IMG/VR virus record: IMGVR_UViG_3300031825_000016
Location: 1-51,955 of that record
DNA: 51,955 nucleotides
Strand: one strand, 5' to 3'
Source: a virus
Taxonomy: Duplodnaviria; Caudoviricetes
Position 1 is the stretch's first letter. Every line of letters begins with the position of its first letter. The translations under genes and the position numbers were made by a program. The notes beneath the pieces were generated by a model that was not told the origin of the DNA, searched no databases, and saw nothing but the letters and a program-made list of their open reading frames with translations. Positions 36,502 through 45,942 of the stretch are shown piece by piece.

Positions 36502-36893
36502 AAACTGAATTCTTTATGGCTCTAGTGCCTCCAGAAACGACGCACCAGAATAAAGCAGTTCGAATTGTAAATGGCAAGCCTCTGTTCTATGAGCCGGCAG
36601 AACTTCAAGCAGCGCGATCTAAACTCCAGGCCCATCTGGCACAGCACATACCAGAGCAAAAGTATACAGGGGCTGTCAGGCTGGTAACCAAATGGTGCTT
36701 CCCGATTATTGGTAAGCATCAGGACGGTGAATATAAGACCACTAAGCCCGATACTGACAACATGGTCAAAATGCTAAAGGATGTCATGACGGACCTAGGA
36801 TATTGGACAGATGACGCAATTGTGGCCAGTGAGATTATTGAAAAGTTTTGGGCAAAGGTACCCGGGATCTATGTGGTCATTGAAGGTCTTTAG
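36498..36893 (+). CDS. rusA: RusA-family Holliday junction resolvase
   Basis: KPDTDNMVKMLKD...WTDD. Confidence 0.9.
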   Translation: MKTEFFMALVPPETTHQNKAVRIVNGKPLFYEPAELQAARSKLQAHLAQHIPEQKYTGAVRLVTKWCFPIIGKHQDGEYKTTKPDTDNMVKMLKDVMTDLGYWTDDAIVASEIIEKFWAKVPGIYVVIEGL

Positions 36894-36895
36894 TG

Positions 36896-36919
36896 AAAAT
36901 CCCAAGCGCTTGGGATTTT
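36896..36919. repeat. 24-bp perfect palindrome, copy 3
   Basis: AAAATCCCAAGCGCTTGGGATTTT. Confidence 0.95.
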
Positions 36920-36936
36920 GAAAAGGAGCGGTAAGC

Positions 36937-37047
36937 ATGAGTGACAATCAAGAGCAAAAGCAAGTACCGGCAGATCGGTGTCCGGACTGCGGAGCAAGGC
37001 TGGTAACTTATAACAAAACGCTGTTATGCCCTAACTGCGATTGCTGA
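36937..37047 (+). CDS. 36-aa zinc-ribbon peptide
   Basis: AAAGGAG RBS; CPDCG...CPNCD. Confidence 0.65.
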   Translation: MSDNQEQKQVPADRCPDCGARLVTYNKTLLCPNCDC

Positions 37048-37094
37048 GGCTAATGAAAAGGGCCAGGGTGGCCCGGTAAAAGGTGGGAGTCGAT

Positions 37095-37196
37095 ATGGAG
37101 GAGCAGGGAAATATTTTCGGAGGCTGCTTAGTTGCACTGGCGATTGAATTGGCAGCGGCTGCAGTGATAATTGGCGTGATTTGGCTAGTAGCTTGA
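37095..37196 (+). CDS. 33-aa single-TM peptide
   Basis: MEEQGNIFGGCLVALAIELAAAAVIIGVIWLVA. Confidence 0.5.
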   Translation: MEEQGNIFGGCLVALAIELAAAAVIIGVIWLVA

Positions 37197-37210
37197 AGGA
37201 GGTGGCAGAT

Positions 37211-37726
37211 TTGGACGAAATAATCTCAAAAGCGATTTTTGCCACGACAGAACGGTGGCTGTATAATCTTAGTAAATGGCGGGCCGAGATAGTTGTCCTA
37301 CAGGAGCAGCTGAATGACCATACTGGCAAGGTGACTGTAGGTTATACTCAGGGTGGATCCGGAGGAGGCGGAACTGGTGATGGTACATTCGCCAGGGCAA
37401 CAGTTGTGCTGGAGGCAGAGGGAGAGCTACCGAGGCTTTTAACTAAAGCTCTAGTGATTGAGGCTGCGTTAAAATCTTTGCCAGATTCGTGGAGGAGACT
37501 GGTTGACCTAAAGTATATAAGTGGCTGGGACAACTCTTTGGTATGGTGTAATATGTCCATAAGCGAAGCAGAGTTTTATAGAGACCGCCGGGATGCCATC
37601 GCGCAGCTAAATGAAATCCTTTGGAAGGATTGGCTATTTAGGCAAGACGTAGAAGGTAAGGTCGTCAAAATTCGAGAGAAAATAGCCCGGGAATTAGCAA
37701 GAGATGAGCAGGTAAAAAAGGGCTAA
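37211..37726 (+). CDS. ArpU/RinA-like late transcription activator
   Basis: AAGGAGGTG RBS, TTG 37211; LVDLKY..MSISEAEFYRDRRDAI; last early gene. Confidence 0.8.
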   Translation: MDEIISKAIFATTERWLYNLSKWRAEIVVLQEQLNDHTGKVTVGYTQGGSGGGGTGDGTFARATVVLEAEGELPRLLTKALVIEAALKSLPDSWRRLVDLKYISGWDNSLVWCNMSISEAEFYRDRRDAIAQLNEILWKDWLFRQDVEGKVVKIREKIARELARDEQVKKG

Positions 37727-37735
37727 AAAGTGCTT

Positions 37736-37801
37736 TGACAGAAAAATGATTGGATTTTGATAGGAATTTGACAGTACATCTTGACTTATAAGTAGTACAA
37801 T
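37736..37801 (+). promoter_or_regulatory. Late promoter with four 11-bp-phased TGA[CT][AT]G repeats
   Basis: TGACAG 37736, TGATTG 37747, TGATAG 37758, TGACAG 37769; TACAAT 37796. Confidence 0.7.
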
Positions 37802-37838
37802 AGAGCTAGAGGCGACAATTACAAACAAGCGAATTGCT

Positions 37839-37866
37839 AAGGCTGCCATTTATGGGCGGCTTTTTT
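37839..37866 (+). terminator. Terminator-like hairpin just after the late promoter
   Basis: GGCTGCC-ATTTATG-GGCGGCT then T-run. Confidence 0.65.
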
Positions 37867-37889
37867 GTTTACCCAAATGAGGTGATGCC

Positions 37890-38048
37890 ATGAATCACTG
37901 TGCTGGCTGTGTGCGTGAGCCTAAGTGTAAACGCAAGGATAAAAACAAGGGCGAGTGCAAGGATAAACAGAAGCATGAGGACACTGCCAAGTTCAGGGCC
38001 TATGACCATATGATGCGTCAGAACAAAGGCATTGAAGGGCCGACGTAG
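37890..38048 (+). CDS. 52-aa Cys-containing protein
   Basis: GAGGTG RBS; MNHCAGCVREPKC. Confidence 0.55.
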   Translation: MNHCAGCVREPKCKRKDKNKGECKDKQKHEDTAKFRAYDHMMRQNKGIEGPT

Positions 38049-38115
38049 ACGGGAGAGAATGACATGGTTGGACTATTACTAAGCATTGTGATCCTGCTTG
38101 TCTTGGCTGGAATAG

Positions 38116-38406
38116 ATGGCTAGAGAGTTTGCTAAGAAGTTTTACAAATCAAAGGCTTGGCAGAAGTGTAGAGATGCTTACTTCGATTCGAAGTTCGGGT
38201 TATGTGAACGGTGTCAAGGCGCAGGATTGATAGTCCATCACAAGGAGGCACTAACTCCTTTGAACATCAACGACCCGAACGTCACGTTGGACTGGGAGAA
38301 GATTGAACTGCTCTGTCAAGACTGTCATAACAAGGAGACCTTTGGGTCGGATGCTACGGCCGATGGGTTGACGTTCGATGCAGAAGGGAATCTTTTACAG
38401 CGATAG
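38116..38406 (+). CDS. Packaging-associated HNH endonuclease
   Basis: FYKSKAWQ, CERC, VHHK, LCQDCHNK; upstream of terminase. Confidence 0.9.
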   Translation: MAREFAKKFYKSKAWQKCRDAYFDSKFGLCERCQGAGLIVHHKEALTPLNINDPNVTLDWEKIELLCQDCHNKETFGSDATADGLTFDAEGNLLQR

Positions 38407-38412
38407 ATTGGA

Positions 38413-38667
38413 GTGTTAAACTTGGTAAATAAAAAGAGTTGGAAAGAGTTTAGAGAATCGGGATTGCTTTGGTGGGCGAACATGGTGCTGCATACTTTCG
38501 GATGGGCTATTGTCTTTGAGATGGATAAGGGTGAGGTCACGGATGTCTATCCTGCAAGAGTTAAGTTCAGAGGCTTCTCTGAGAAGAACAACACCGAAGG
38601 ATATCAGGCGGTGTCGAAGTACTTGAAAGACAATGCCAAAGAATTGGAAAAGGAGTCACTGGAGTAA
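38413..38667 (+). CDS. Hypothetical phage protein
   Basis: 84-aa ORF in late operon. Confidence 0.65.
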   Translation: MLNLVNKKSWKEFRESGLLWWANMVLHTFGWAIVFEMDKGEVTDVYPARVKFRGFSEKNNTEGYQAVSKYLKDNAKELEKESLE

Positions 38668-38784
38668 GCCATAGCCCCCCCCATTGTGTCAAAATCACAC
38701 ACAATTTAGGGACCGATGTGGGCAGCTCCAAAAAATACACAGGCCGCGCACATGACCCCCCTCCCCAAAAAGAGGTGATAACGC

Positions 38785-39177
38785 ATGGATGAAGATGCAC
38801 TGAAAAAGGAAAAGTTAGCCAAGAAAAAGCGGATATCCAAAGAGGAAAGAAGACTTCGGGGGAGTTATGGAAAGATACCCGAAGAGCTGATGAAAGTGGC
38901 TGATGGCCTTATTCGTCGTGCTGCTTACATGCGGGTAACACTCGAAGACTACGAAGCGGACTTGGATGACAAAGGCTATGTGGAAATGTTTAGCCAGTCC
39001 GAGCGAACGGATCCTTACGAAAGAGAGCGCCCAGTGGCCCGGCTCTACAATACCATGAACAAAAACTACCAAAGCATAATCAAGCAGTTAGCGGATATGC
39101 TGCCCAAGGAGGCGTTGGCGCCCGGGAAAAAGGGTGATGTAGATGACGGCTTCGACGACTTTGCCGGAAACAAATAG
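38785..39177 (+). CDS. terS: Terminase small subunit
   Basis: Position; YNTMNKNYQSIIKQL. Confidence 0.8.
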   Translation: MDEDALKKEKLAKKKRISKEERRLRGSYGKIPEELMKVADGLIRRAAYMRVTLEDYEADLDDKGYVEMFSQSERTDPYERERPVARLYNTMNKNYQSIIKQLADMLPKEALAPGKKGDVDDGFDDFAGNK

Positions 39178-40852
39178 CGTACAGCGCGATTGGTCAAACA
39201 ACCCCATTGTTGAATATTGGAACCAGATAATAACCGGGCAAGAAGTTGTCTCGCTAAAAGTCTACAAGGAATATAAAAAGCTTGTAAGCGATATCTTCAA
39301 TCCTCGGGATCAATGGGTTTATGACCCTAAAAAAGCCAGCCATGCCATTACCTTTATTGAAAAATACTGTAAGCACAGCAAAGGCAAATGGGGCGGAAAG
39401 CCTGTAATCCTGGAACTCTGGGAAAAAGCTTTAATCGCTGCTGCCTTTGGCTTTATAGATAAAAACACTGGACTTCGGAAATACACCGAGGTCCTTTTGA
39501 TTGTGGCTAGAAAGAACGGCAAGTCTACCCTGGCGGCCGCCGTTGGCCTGTATCTCCAGATTGCCGATGGTGAGCATGGGGCGGAAGTGTATGCAGTCGC
39601 AACTAAAAAAGACCAGGCTAAGATCATTTGGAAAGAAGCCAAGCGGATGGTCAGCAAGTCGCCTGTCCTTCGCAAGAGAATCAAGCCTCTGGTCGCTGAG
39701 TTAGTTGGTATTGGCAAGTATGCAGATTCGACCTTCATGCCCCTGGGCTCGGACAGCGATACCTTGGACGGCCTGAACGTTCACGGCGCACTGATGGACG
39801 AAATCCACGCCTGGAAGGACAAGAATCTTTATGACGTAATCTACGACGGCATGTCAGCCCGGGAACAGCCGATGCTCTTTGAAACCACAACAGCCGGCAC
39901 GGTCCGGGAGCTTGTCTATGATGAAAAGTACAGCTATGCCGCCAACGTCATCGAGGGCATAGAGGGATTCGAGGATGAAAGGCTGCTCCCGATAATCTAT
40001 GAACTGGATGACCGCAGCGAATGGACGGATCCTGCTTGCTGGAAGAAGGCCAACCCCGGGCTTGGGACCATAAAGGACCAGCAGAAGTTAGCCGAAAAAG
40101 TTGAGAAGGCAAAGCGGGTACCGGGACAGCTTAGCAATCTTCTGTGCAAGGACTTTAACATCCGGGACACTGTGGCTGGTAGCTGGCTGACCTTTGATGC
40201 AATTAATAACGAAGAGACCTTCACCATGGATGACATCCGGGATTGTTACGCCATCGGGGGCGCGGACTTATCTGCCACCACAGACTTAACCTGCGCGACA
40301 ATCTTGATTATGAAGCCCGGTAGCGAGAAAAAGTATGTCTTGCAAATGTACTTCCTTCCCGAGGAGCTTATTGAGCAACGAGCCAAGGAGGACAAGATCC
40401 CTTATGACAAATGGCGGGAGAGAGGGTTGCTTACAGCCTGTGAAGGGTTCCAGGTTAAATTTACAGACGTTACCGCGTGGTTCATGCAGATGGTTAATGA
40501 GTACGACATAAGGCCGCTATGGGTTTATTACGACAGAGCACTTGCGGGGTATTGGGTTGAAGATATGAAATCACAAGGTTTTGACATGATCAAATGTGCG
40601 CAAGGTGCCTTCACATTTAACCAGCCTATGCGATTAATGGAGGCAGACTTTAAAGCCAAGCTAATCAACTATAACAACAACCCGGTTCTGAAGTGGTGCC
40701 TTACAAATACCAGCGTAGAGCATGATAAGAACGATAATATCAGGCCTATAAAAGGCAGAAGTCAAAGACAAAGGGTTGATGGGACGTTCAGTTTGCTCGA
40801 TGCCTATGTGGGACTCTATGAAAAGATGGCTGATTACCAAGCCTTGATTTAA
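39143..40852 (+). CDS. terL: Terminase large subunit (HK97-like)
   Basis: VARKNGKS, MDEIH, TTAG, GADLS, RVDG; start may be TTG 39161. Confidence 0.95.
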   Translation: MTASTTLPETNSVQRDWSNNPIVEYWNQIITGQEVVSLKVYKEYKKLVSDIFNPRDQWVYDPKKASHAITFIEKYCKHSKGKWGGKPVILELWEKALIAAAFGFIDKNTGLRKYTEVLLIVARKNGKSTLAAAVGLYLQIADGEHGAEVYAVATKKDQAKIIWKEAKRMVSKSPVLRKRIKPLVAELVGIGKYADSTFMPLGSDSDTLDGLNVHGALMDEIHAWKDKNLYDVIYDGMSAREQPMLFETTTAGTVRELVYDEKYSYAANVIEGIEGFEDERLLPIIYELDDRSEWTDPACWKKANPGLGTIKDQQKLAEKVEKAKRVPGQLSNLLCKDFNIRDTVAGSWLTFDAINNEETFTMDDIRDCYAIGGADLSATTDLTCATILIMKPGSEKKYVLQMYFLPEELIEQRAKEDKIPYDKWRERGLLTACEGFQVKFTDVTAWFMQMVNEYDIRPLWVYYDRALAGYWVEDMKSQGFDMIKCAQGAFTFNQPMRLMEADFKAKLINYNNNPVLKWCLTNTSVEHDKNDNIRPIKGRSQRQRVDGTFSLLDAYVGLYEKMADYQALI

Positions 40853-40864
40853 GGGGGTGAGAAT

Positions 40865-42133
40865 TTGAGAGAAAAGCGCAGCCTTTTCCAAACTGTATTC
40901 GGTGTATTGCCGTGGGCGGGAAAACATTTTAGCCGCCTGCAGATGCTCAACGGATACTCCCCGACCTTCACGCCCTGGGGAGGAAAGCCCTATGAGGCGG
41001 ATGTTGTGCGGTCGGCTGTAGATGCCGTGGCCAGGAATGCAGCTAAGCTAAAGGCAAAGCATATTCGCCGCATCGGCAAGGACATAACTCCGATATCAGG
41101 GCAAGTAGAAAACTGTTTGCAGATCAGACCCAACCCGAACATGAATGCCTACGATTTTTTCTATAAGATGGTCACGACCCTGATGATTGACAACAATGCC
41201 TTTGCCTATCCGGTTTGGCAGGGGACACAACTTATTGCAATATGGCCTATTAACTGCACGATAGCTGAGTTCCTAGAGGACGATAGCGGGGAAATCTTTG
41301 TCAGGTTTTACTTCGGGGTGGGTAAACAAGCAATCCTGCCTTACAGCGAGGTCATTCACCTTAGGCGCCACTTCTATAAGGGGGATCTCACCGGCGAAAA
41401 CAACAATGCCATCAACAACACACTGGATGCGGTATTCACCTCAAACCAGGGCATAAGCCAGGCGATAAAATCCAGCGCAAATCTTCGAGGTATTATCAAG
41501 TACCAGGGCATGCTCAAGGACAAAGATATAACCGACAACCGGAACCGCTTTGTCAACGAGTTCATGACCGTCAATAATAACGGCGGCATAGCGGCCCTTG
41601 ATGCCAAGGCGGAATATAAAGAGCTTACGAATGACCCCAAGATAATCAATGCCCCCCAGATGAAGGAACTTCGGGATAACGTCTATCGCTACTTCGGAGT
41701 CAATGAAAAAATCATCATGGGTAACTACAACGAGGACGAATGGGATGCGTTTTATGAATCCACCATTGAGCCCCTGGCCGTGCAACTGTCCTTGGAATTC
41801 ACCTCGAAGCTATTTACCGAGCGAGAGCGGGGCCATGGGAACGAGATTGTATTTGAGTCGAACCGCTTGCAGTACGCCAGCATGAAGACCAAGGTCCTGA
41901 TGGTTGAAAAGATGGTGCCCATGGGCTTGTTGAGTACCAATGAGGCCCGGGAAATATTCAACCTCGCTCCGGTCGAGGGCGGGGAAAAGCGGATCATAAG
42001 CTTGAATTTTGTGGATGCCAACAAGGCTAATCAATACCAATTAGGAGAGGGGGACAATGGTAGTGGTGATGGAAACAACCAAGGAACTACGCCTACTGGA
42101 ACTGAGGGCGGTACAAACAGCACCGGACAGTAA
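40865..42133 (+). CDS. HK97-family portal protein
   Basis: RPNPNMNAYDF, VIHLR, NEARE. Confidence 0.93.
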   Translation: MREKRSLFQTVFGVLPWAGKHFSRLQMLNGYSPTFTPWGGKPYEADVVRSAVDAVARNAAKLKAKHIRRIGKDITPISGQVENCLQIRPNPNMNAYDFFYKMVTTLMIDNNAFAYPVWQGTQLIAIWPINCTIAEFLEDDSGEIFVRFYFGVGKQAILPYSEVIHLRRHFYKGDLTGENNNAINNTLDAVFTSNQGISQAIKSSANLRGIIKYQGMLKDKDITDNRNRFVNEFMTVNNNGGIAALDAKAEYKELTNDPKIINAPQMKELRDNVYRYFGVNEKIIMGNYNEDEWDAFYESTIEPLAVQLSLEFTSKLFTERERGHGNEIVFESNRLQYASMKTKVLMVEKMVPMGLLSTNEAREIFNLAPVEGGEKRIISLNFVDANKANQYQLGEGDNGSGDGNNQGTTPTGTEGGTNSTGQ

Positions 42134-42959
42134 TGAAATGATCGTCGAAGGAAGGGCGATCGTTTTTAATTCTCCGACCGTGCTATGGGAGTATGACGGA
42201 ATCAAATATTACGAGGTTGTGGACTCGAAGGCCCTGGACGGTTGCGACATGTCGGATGTTGTATTTAGGTACAACCATTCTGAGGACGTCATGATCATGG
42301 CCAGGACCAGAAAAGGATCTCTGCAGTTAATTAAAGATGACATCGGGCTTAATATCAAGGCCAAGCTATTCGACATTGCACCAGCCCGAGACCTATACAC
42401 CCTGATCAAAGAGGGTGCCATTGACCAAATGAGCTTTTCCTTCGTTGTTGCGGAGGACAGTTATAACCAGGACACCCGGACCAGAACCATCTTGAAGTTC
42501 AAAAAACTGTATGATGTGGCTGCCGTGGATACGGGAGCCTATCAGGATACATCCATTTCCGCAAGGAGTTGGGCAAAGGCGGAGGCCGAGCGCGAGCACA
42601 AGGCGATGGAGGTCGCCGAATTGCGGAAACGGGTTGCCGAAAGGCGTGCACATCCACTCAATAAGAGGCAGGCGGCGGATACTACCTGTCCACATACCTG
42701 TTGTGTGATGTGCAAACAAGCAGACTGCAATCAACGAATGGATTGCTGCCAAGCCTGCATGATGAATTGCCAAGAGATGTGCCAGGAATGCGAACAGACT
42801 TGCAAAATGGGATGTTGCACGATGTGCCAGGCCCAATGCCAAACAGTATGTGCGGCATGTAGTAAGACTGACTGCTCTATGCACCAGGTAATGAGTGAGC
42901 GCAAAGCGCTGGAGAGCGCCGAGATCAGAAAGAAACTCATTGCCAAAACCTATCTTTAA
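42069..42959 (+). CDS. HK97 prohead protease with Cys-rich insertion
   Basis: RYNH, MARTR, QMSFSF, AYQDT; start 42057 or 42069. Confidence 0.9.
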   Translation: METTKELRLLELRAVQTAPDSNEMIVEGRAIVFNSPTVLWEYDGIKYYEVVDSKALDGCDMSDVVFRYNHSEDVMIMARTRKGSLQLIKDDIGLNIKAKLFDIAPARDLYTLIKEGAIDQMSFSFVVAEDSYNQDTRTRTILKFKKLYDVAAVDTGAYQDTSISARSWAKAEAEREHKAMEVAELRKRVAERRAHPLNKRQAADTTCPHTCCVMCKQADCNQRMDCCQACMMNCQEMCQECEQTCKMGCCTMCQAQCQTVCAACSKTDCSMHQVMSERKALESAEIRKKLIAKTYL

Positions 42960-42978
42960 AAACGAAAGGGGTAAGACC

Positions 42979-44181
42979 ATGTACGAAAAGAGATTTACCG
43001 AAATTGCCGCCCGCAAGTTAGAGATCCGCGCCATGCTTGAGGGTAACGAGCAAGTTGATATGGACAAGATCACCAAGGAGCTCCAGGATCTTGAGGCTGA
43101 GGAAAAACAACTGCGAGCCCGGATTCAAAAAATCGAGGAACTGAGGGGTGGAACACCTGGTGCGGTACCGCCTGCAGGAACAGTACCCGGCACCACTCCT
43201 CCCGCTGGAGAATTCCGTTCTGTCGAAACCTTCGGGCAGCTCCCCGAGAATCGTGATGCCAAAACAAAGGAAGAGGCCGAGAAGCGCGGTAAGGCCCTCA
43301 AGGAAAATCGGTCCGTAACCATTGGCTCTTCCAGTGTCATCTCTCCCCGGCCCCAGGCCACCGATATTCGCCCCTACTTTAATCAGGTATCCAGCCTGAT
43401 TGACTTGGTGACCACCAGGACACTGCAAGGCGGCGAAAGCTTCAGGCAGCCATACCTTACCGGGTGGGGCACCGGAGATTATAAGACTGAGAGTACGGAC
43501 TACGCTGACTCCGATGTCACCTTCGACTATGCTGAAATGCTCAAGGCCAAAGTCACTGCCTACTCCGAAGATTCGGAAGAAGTTCTGAAATTACCATCCG
43601 CTGATTATGACGGTGAAGTTACCCGGGGCATAACCATCGCCTTGAGGAAGAAAATGACTCGCGAGATCTTGGTTGGTACCGGCGCAACGAATCACCTTGC
43701 TGGTATCTTCTCTGCCGCTGCCACCGCGATTGACGCCGCAACAGACATTGAGCTTATCGCCATCGATGAAACAACCCTGGACGACATCATCTATAGCTAT
43801 GGCGGCGACGAGAACGTCGAAGATGTTGCGGTCCTGGTCTTGAACAAGAAAGATCTGAAAGCCTTCGCAAAACTGCGTGATGCTGATGGCCAGCGGATCT
43901 ACAAGGTTGTCGCTAACGGCAACACCGGTACCATTGACGGAATTCCTTATGTCATCAACTCCGCTTGCAAGGCTGTAACCGATGTGTCTACGAACGCCGG
44001 GGAGTATGCCATGGCATACGGTCCCTTGTCCAATTACATGGTCACCCTCTTCGCAGACATCGATATCCAGCGGTCCACCGATTACAAATTCAAGCAGGGC
44101 ATGATCGCTCACAGGGGCTCCGTGTTCGCCGGCGGCAACGTGGTATCCAAGAACGGCTTCCTCCGTGTGAAGAAAGGTTAA
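42979..44181 (+). CDS. HK97-family major capsid protein
   Basis: GAAAGGGG RBS, ATG 42979; N-terminal coiled-coil delta domain; ILVGTG, TIDGIPY. Confidence 0.93.
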   Translation: MYEKRFTEIAARKLEIRAMLEGNEQVDMDKITKELQDLEAEEKQLRARIQKIEELRGGTPGAVPPAGTVPGTTPPAGEFRSVETFGQLPENRDAKTKEEAEKRGKALKENRSVTIGSSSVISPRPQATDIRPYFNQVSSLIDLVTTRTLQGGESFRQPYLTGWGTGDYKTESTDYADSDVTFDYAEMLKAKVTAYSEDSEEVLKLPSADYDGEVTRGITIALRKKMTREILVGTGATNHLAGIFSAAATAIDAATDIELIAIDETTLDDIIYSYGGDENVEDVAVLVLNKKDLKAFAKLRDADGQRIYKVVANGNTGTIDGIPYVINSACKAVTDVSTNAGEYAMAYGPLSNYMVTLFADIDIQRSTDYKFKQGMIAHRGSVFAGGNVVSKNGFLRVKKG

Positions 44182-44192
44182 GGTGATCGCAC

Positions 44193-45125
44193 ATGAGAGT
44201 TGGATTTAACCCGAAGGGCGGGAACATCAAAACCGATGTTCCCGGTCTCTCTATTGACCGGGCCTTCCTGGCTCATTACCAGGTAGCTGCAGCTGATGCC
44301 GTGGCAGTCAGCGCAAACGGCGTGGCAGTAGCCAACCTGGGCGCCGCTACTCAAAGCAAAACGACTGGAATAACTAATCCGGCTGTCCCCAGGGCCCTGA
44401 GTATCGTCGGAAACGTCGCAGGGATAACGGGCGACGTGGTTGTCACCGGCAAAAATTTTGCCCTTGAAACAATCAGTGAGACTTTGGCCCTAAACGGCGT
44501 AACCACCGTCCAGGGGAGCAAGGCTTTCAAAGAGGTAGACAGCATCGCCTTGCCGGTCCAGGTCCACACGCCGGTAGCCCAGGTTGAAACCGCGACAGCC
44601 GTCGGTACAATATCCACCGCTGGGAACGCTGCTGTAGTGGTAACCGCTGCAGGAATGACTGGTTCGCCCAAAACCATCTCAGTCGCTGTGGCCCTTAGCG
44701 ACAACGCATCTGCGATAGCCGGTAAAATCAGGACAGCTCTTGCTGCTGATGTTGATGTAGCAGCCTTGTTTGTAGTGAGTGGCGCAACGGACAAAGTAAT
44801 TCTGACCGCCAAAACCCCGGCGGCCAACGACGCCACGCTGAACATCTCCATTGACAATGGGACTTGTGCGGGCATTACTACGGCTGCCAGTTCCGCCGAT
44901 ACGACCGCAGGTGTGCCGTATGATATCGTGTCGGTCGGTTTCAATGACAAGCTGGGCCTACCCTATAAGCTGGCGCACAACACCGTTCGGGACGCCTTCC
45001 TGAACAACGTCAAGGAAGGTACAACTCCGACGGTAACGGTCAGCACTACAGCCATCGAGAGCAACACCATTGACCTGAACAGTGCCTTAGACGGCCATGT
45101 AGTAGACGTTTACCTATACGTCTAG
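44193..45125 (+). CDS. Head decoration/fibre-like structural protein
   Basis: Ala/Thr/Val-rich; between capsid and connector. Confidence 0.6.
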   Translation: MRVGFNPKGGNIKTDVPGLSIDRAFLAHYQVAAADAVAVSANGVAVANLGAATQSKTTGITNPAVPRALSIVGNVAGITGDVVVTGKNFALETISETLALNGVTTVQGSKAFKEVDSIALPVQVHTPVAQVETATAVGTISTAGNAAVVVTAAGMTGSPKTISVAVALSDNASAIAGKIRTALAADVDVAALFVVSGATDKVILTAKTPAANDATLNISIDNGTCAGITTAASSADTTAGVPYDIVSVGFNDKLGLPYKLAHNTVRDAFLNNVKEGTTPTVTVSTTAIESNTIDLNSALDGHVVDVYLYV

Positions 45126-45136
45126 GAGGAGAGGCC

Positions 45137-45643
45137 ATGGACTTGCTGCCATACGTTAAGCCGGCCCTGCGGATTACCGTGGACGCCTTTGACATTGAGA
45201 TTCAAGACTTGATAGACGCTGCCATGGCCGACCTCATTCTGGCCGGAGTGGCAGCAGACAAAGCGGTAGGGACGGACCCGTTGATAAAACGGGCCGTCAC
45301 CACTTACTGCAAGGCGAACTTTGGTTTTGACAATCCGGATGCCGACCGACTGCAGATGTCCTTCGACCTTCTTAAACGGCACCTAACCCTAGCGCAAGAC
45401 TATATCTGCCACGCCGTCACATTTATGGTCACGACTGGCGGGGTACCTGTTAAGGGTGCAAGCATTACCTTGAACGACGAAACCAAGGCATCTAATTCGC
45501 TTGGCGTTGCCGTGTTCAGTGTAATTGAATTGGAAGTAGACTTCGATTACATGATCACCAAGGACGGCTACATGGATTACAGTGGTTCGGTTTACGTCGA
45601 CGGGAATGAATCTGTGTTGGTGGTGATGGCCGATGTTGTTTAG
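45137..45643 (+). CDS. Head-tail connector (gp6-like) with C-terminal Ig-like extension
   Basis: VKPALRI..DIEIQDLIDAA..TYCKANFG; VKGASITL..TKDGY. Confidence 0.8.
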   Translation: MDLLPYVKPALRITVDAFDIEIQDLIDAAMADLILAGVAADKAVGTDPLIKRAVTTYCKANFGFDNPDADRLQMSFDLLKRHLTLAQDYICHAVTFMVTTGGVPVKGASITLNDETKASNSLGVAVFSVIELEVDFDYMITKDGYMDYSGSVYVDGNESVLVVMADVV

Positions 45644-45938
45644 GGATGTAGTCGACCTTATTGCAGTAAGTAATTCCGAAAATGGTATGGGCGATATTAC
45701 CGAAGGAAAATTCAGTCGGCAAGTTTTTGCAAATAGAAAGTCCATTGGGCGAAATGAATTTTATCAAGCATTTGCAGTTGGGTTAAGGCCTGAGCTCACC
45801 TTTGAGGTTCGCGTTGCCGAATATCAGGGTGAAAGGAAGCTCTCCTATTCCGGAAAAGAGTACAACATCATCCGGACATACGACAAGAACGGGGAAATAA
45901 TCGAGCTCATCTGCTCCGGCTTGGTAAACAAGGAGTGA
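45633..45938 (+). CDS. Head closure protein
   Basis: VFANRKSIGRNEFYQA...YNIIRTY. Confidence 0.85.
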   Translation: MLFRDVVDLIAVSNSENGMGDITEGKFSRQVFANRKSIGRNEFYQAFAVGLRPELTFEVRVAEYQGERKLSYSGKEYNIIRTYDKNGEIIELICSGLVNKE

Positions 45939-45942
45939 TCCT

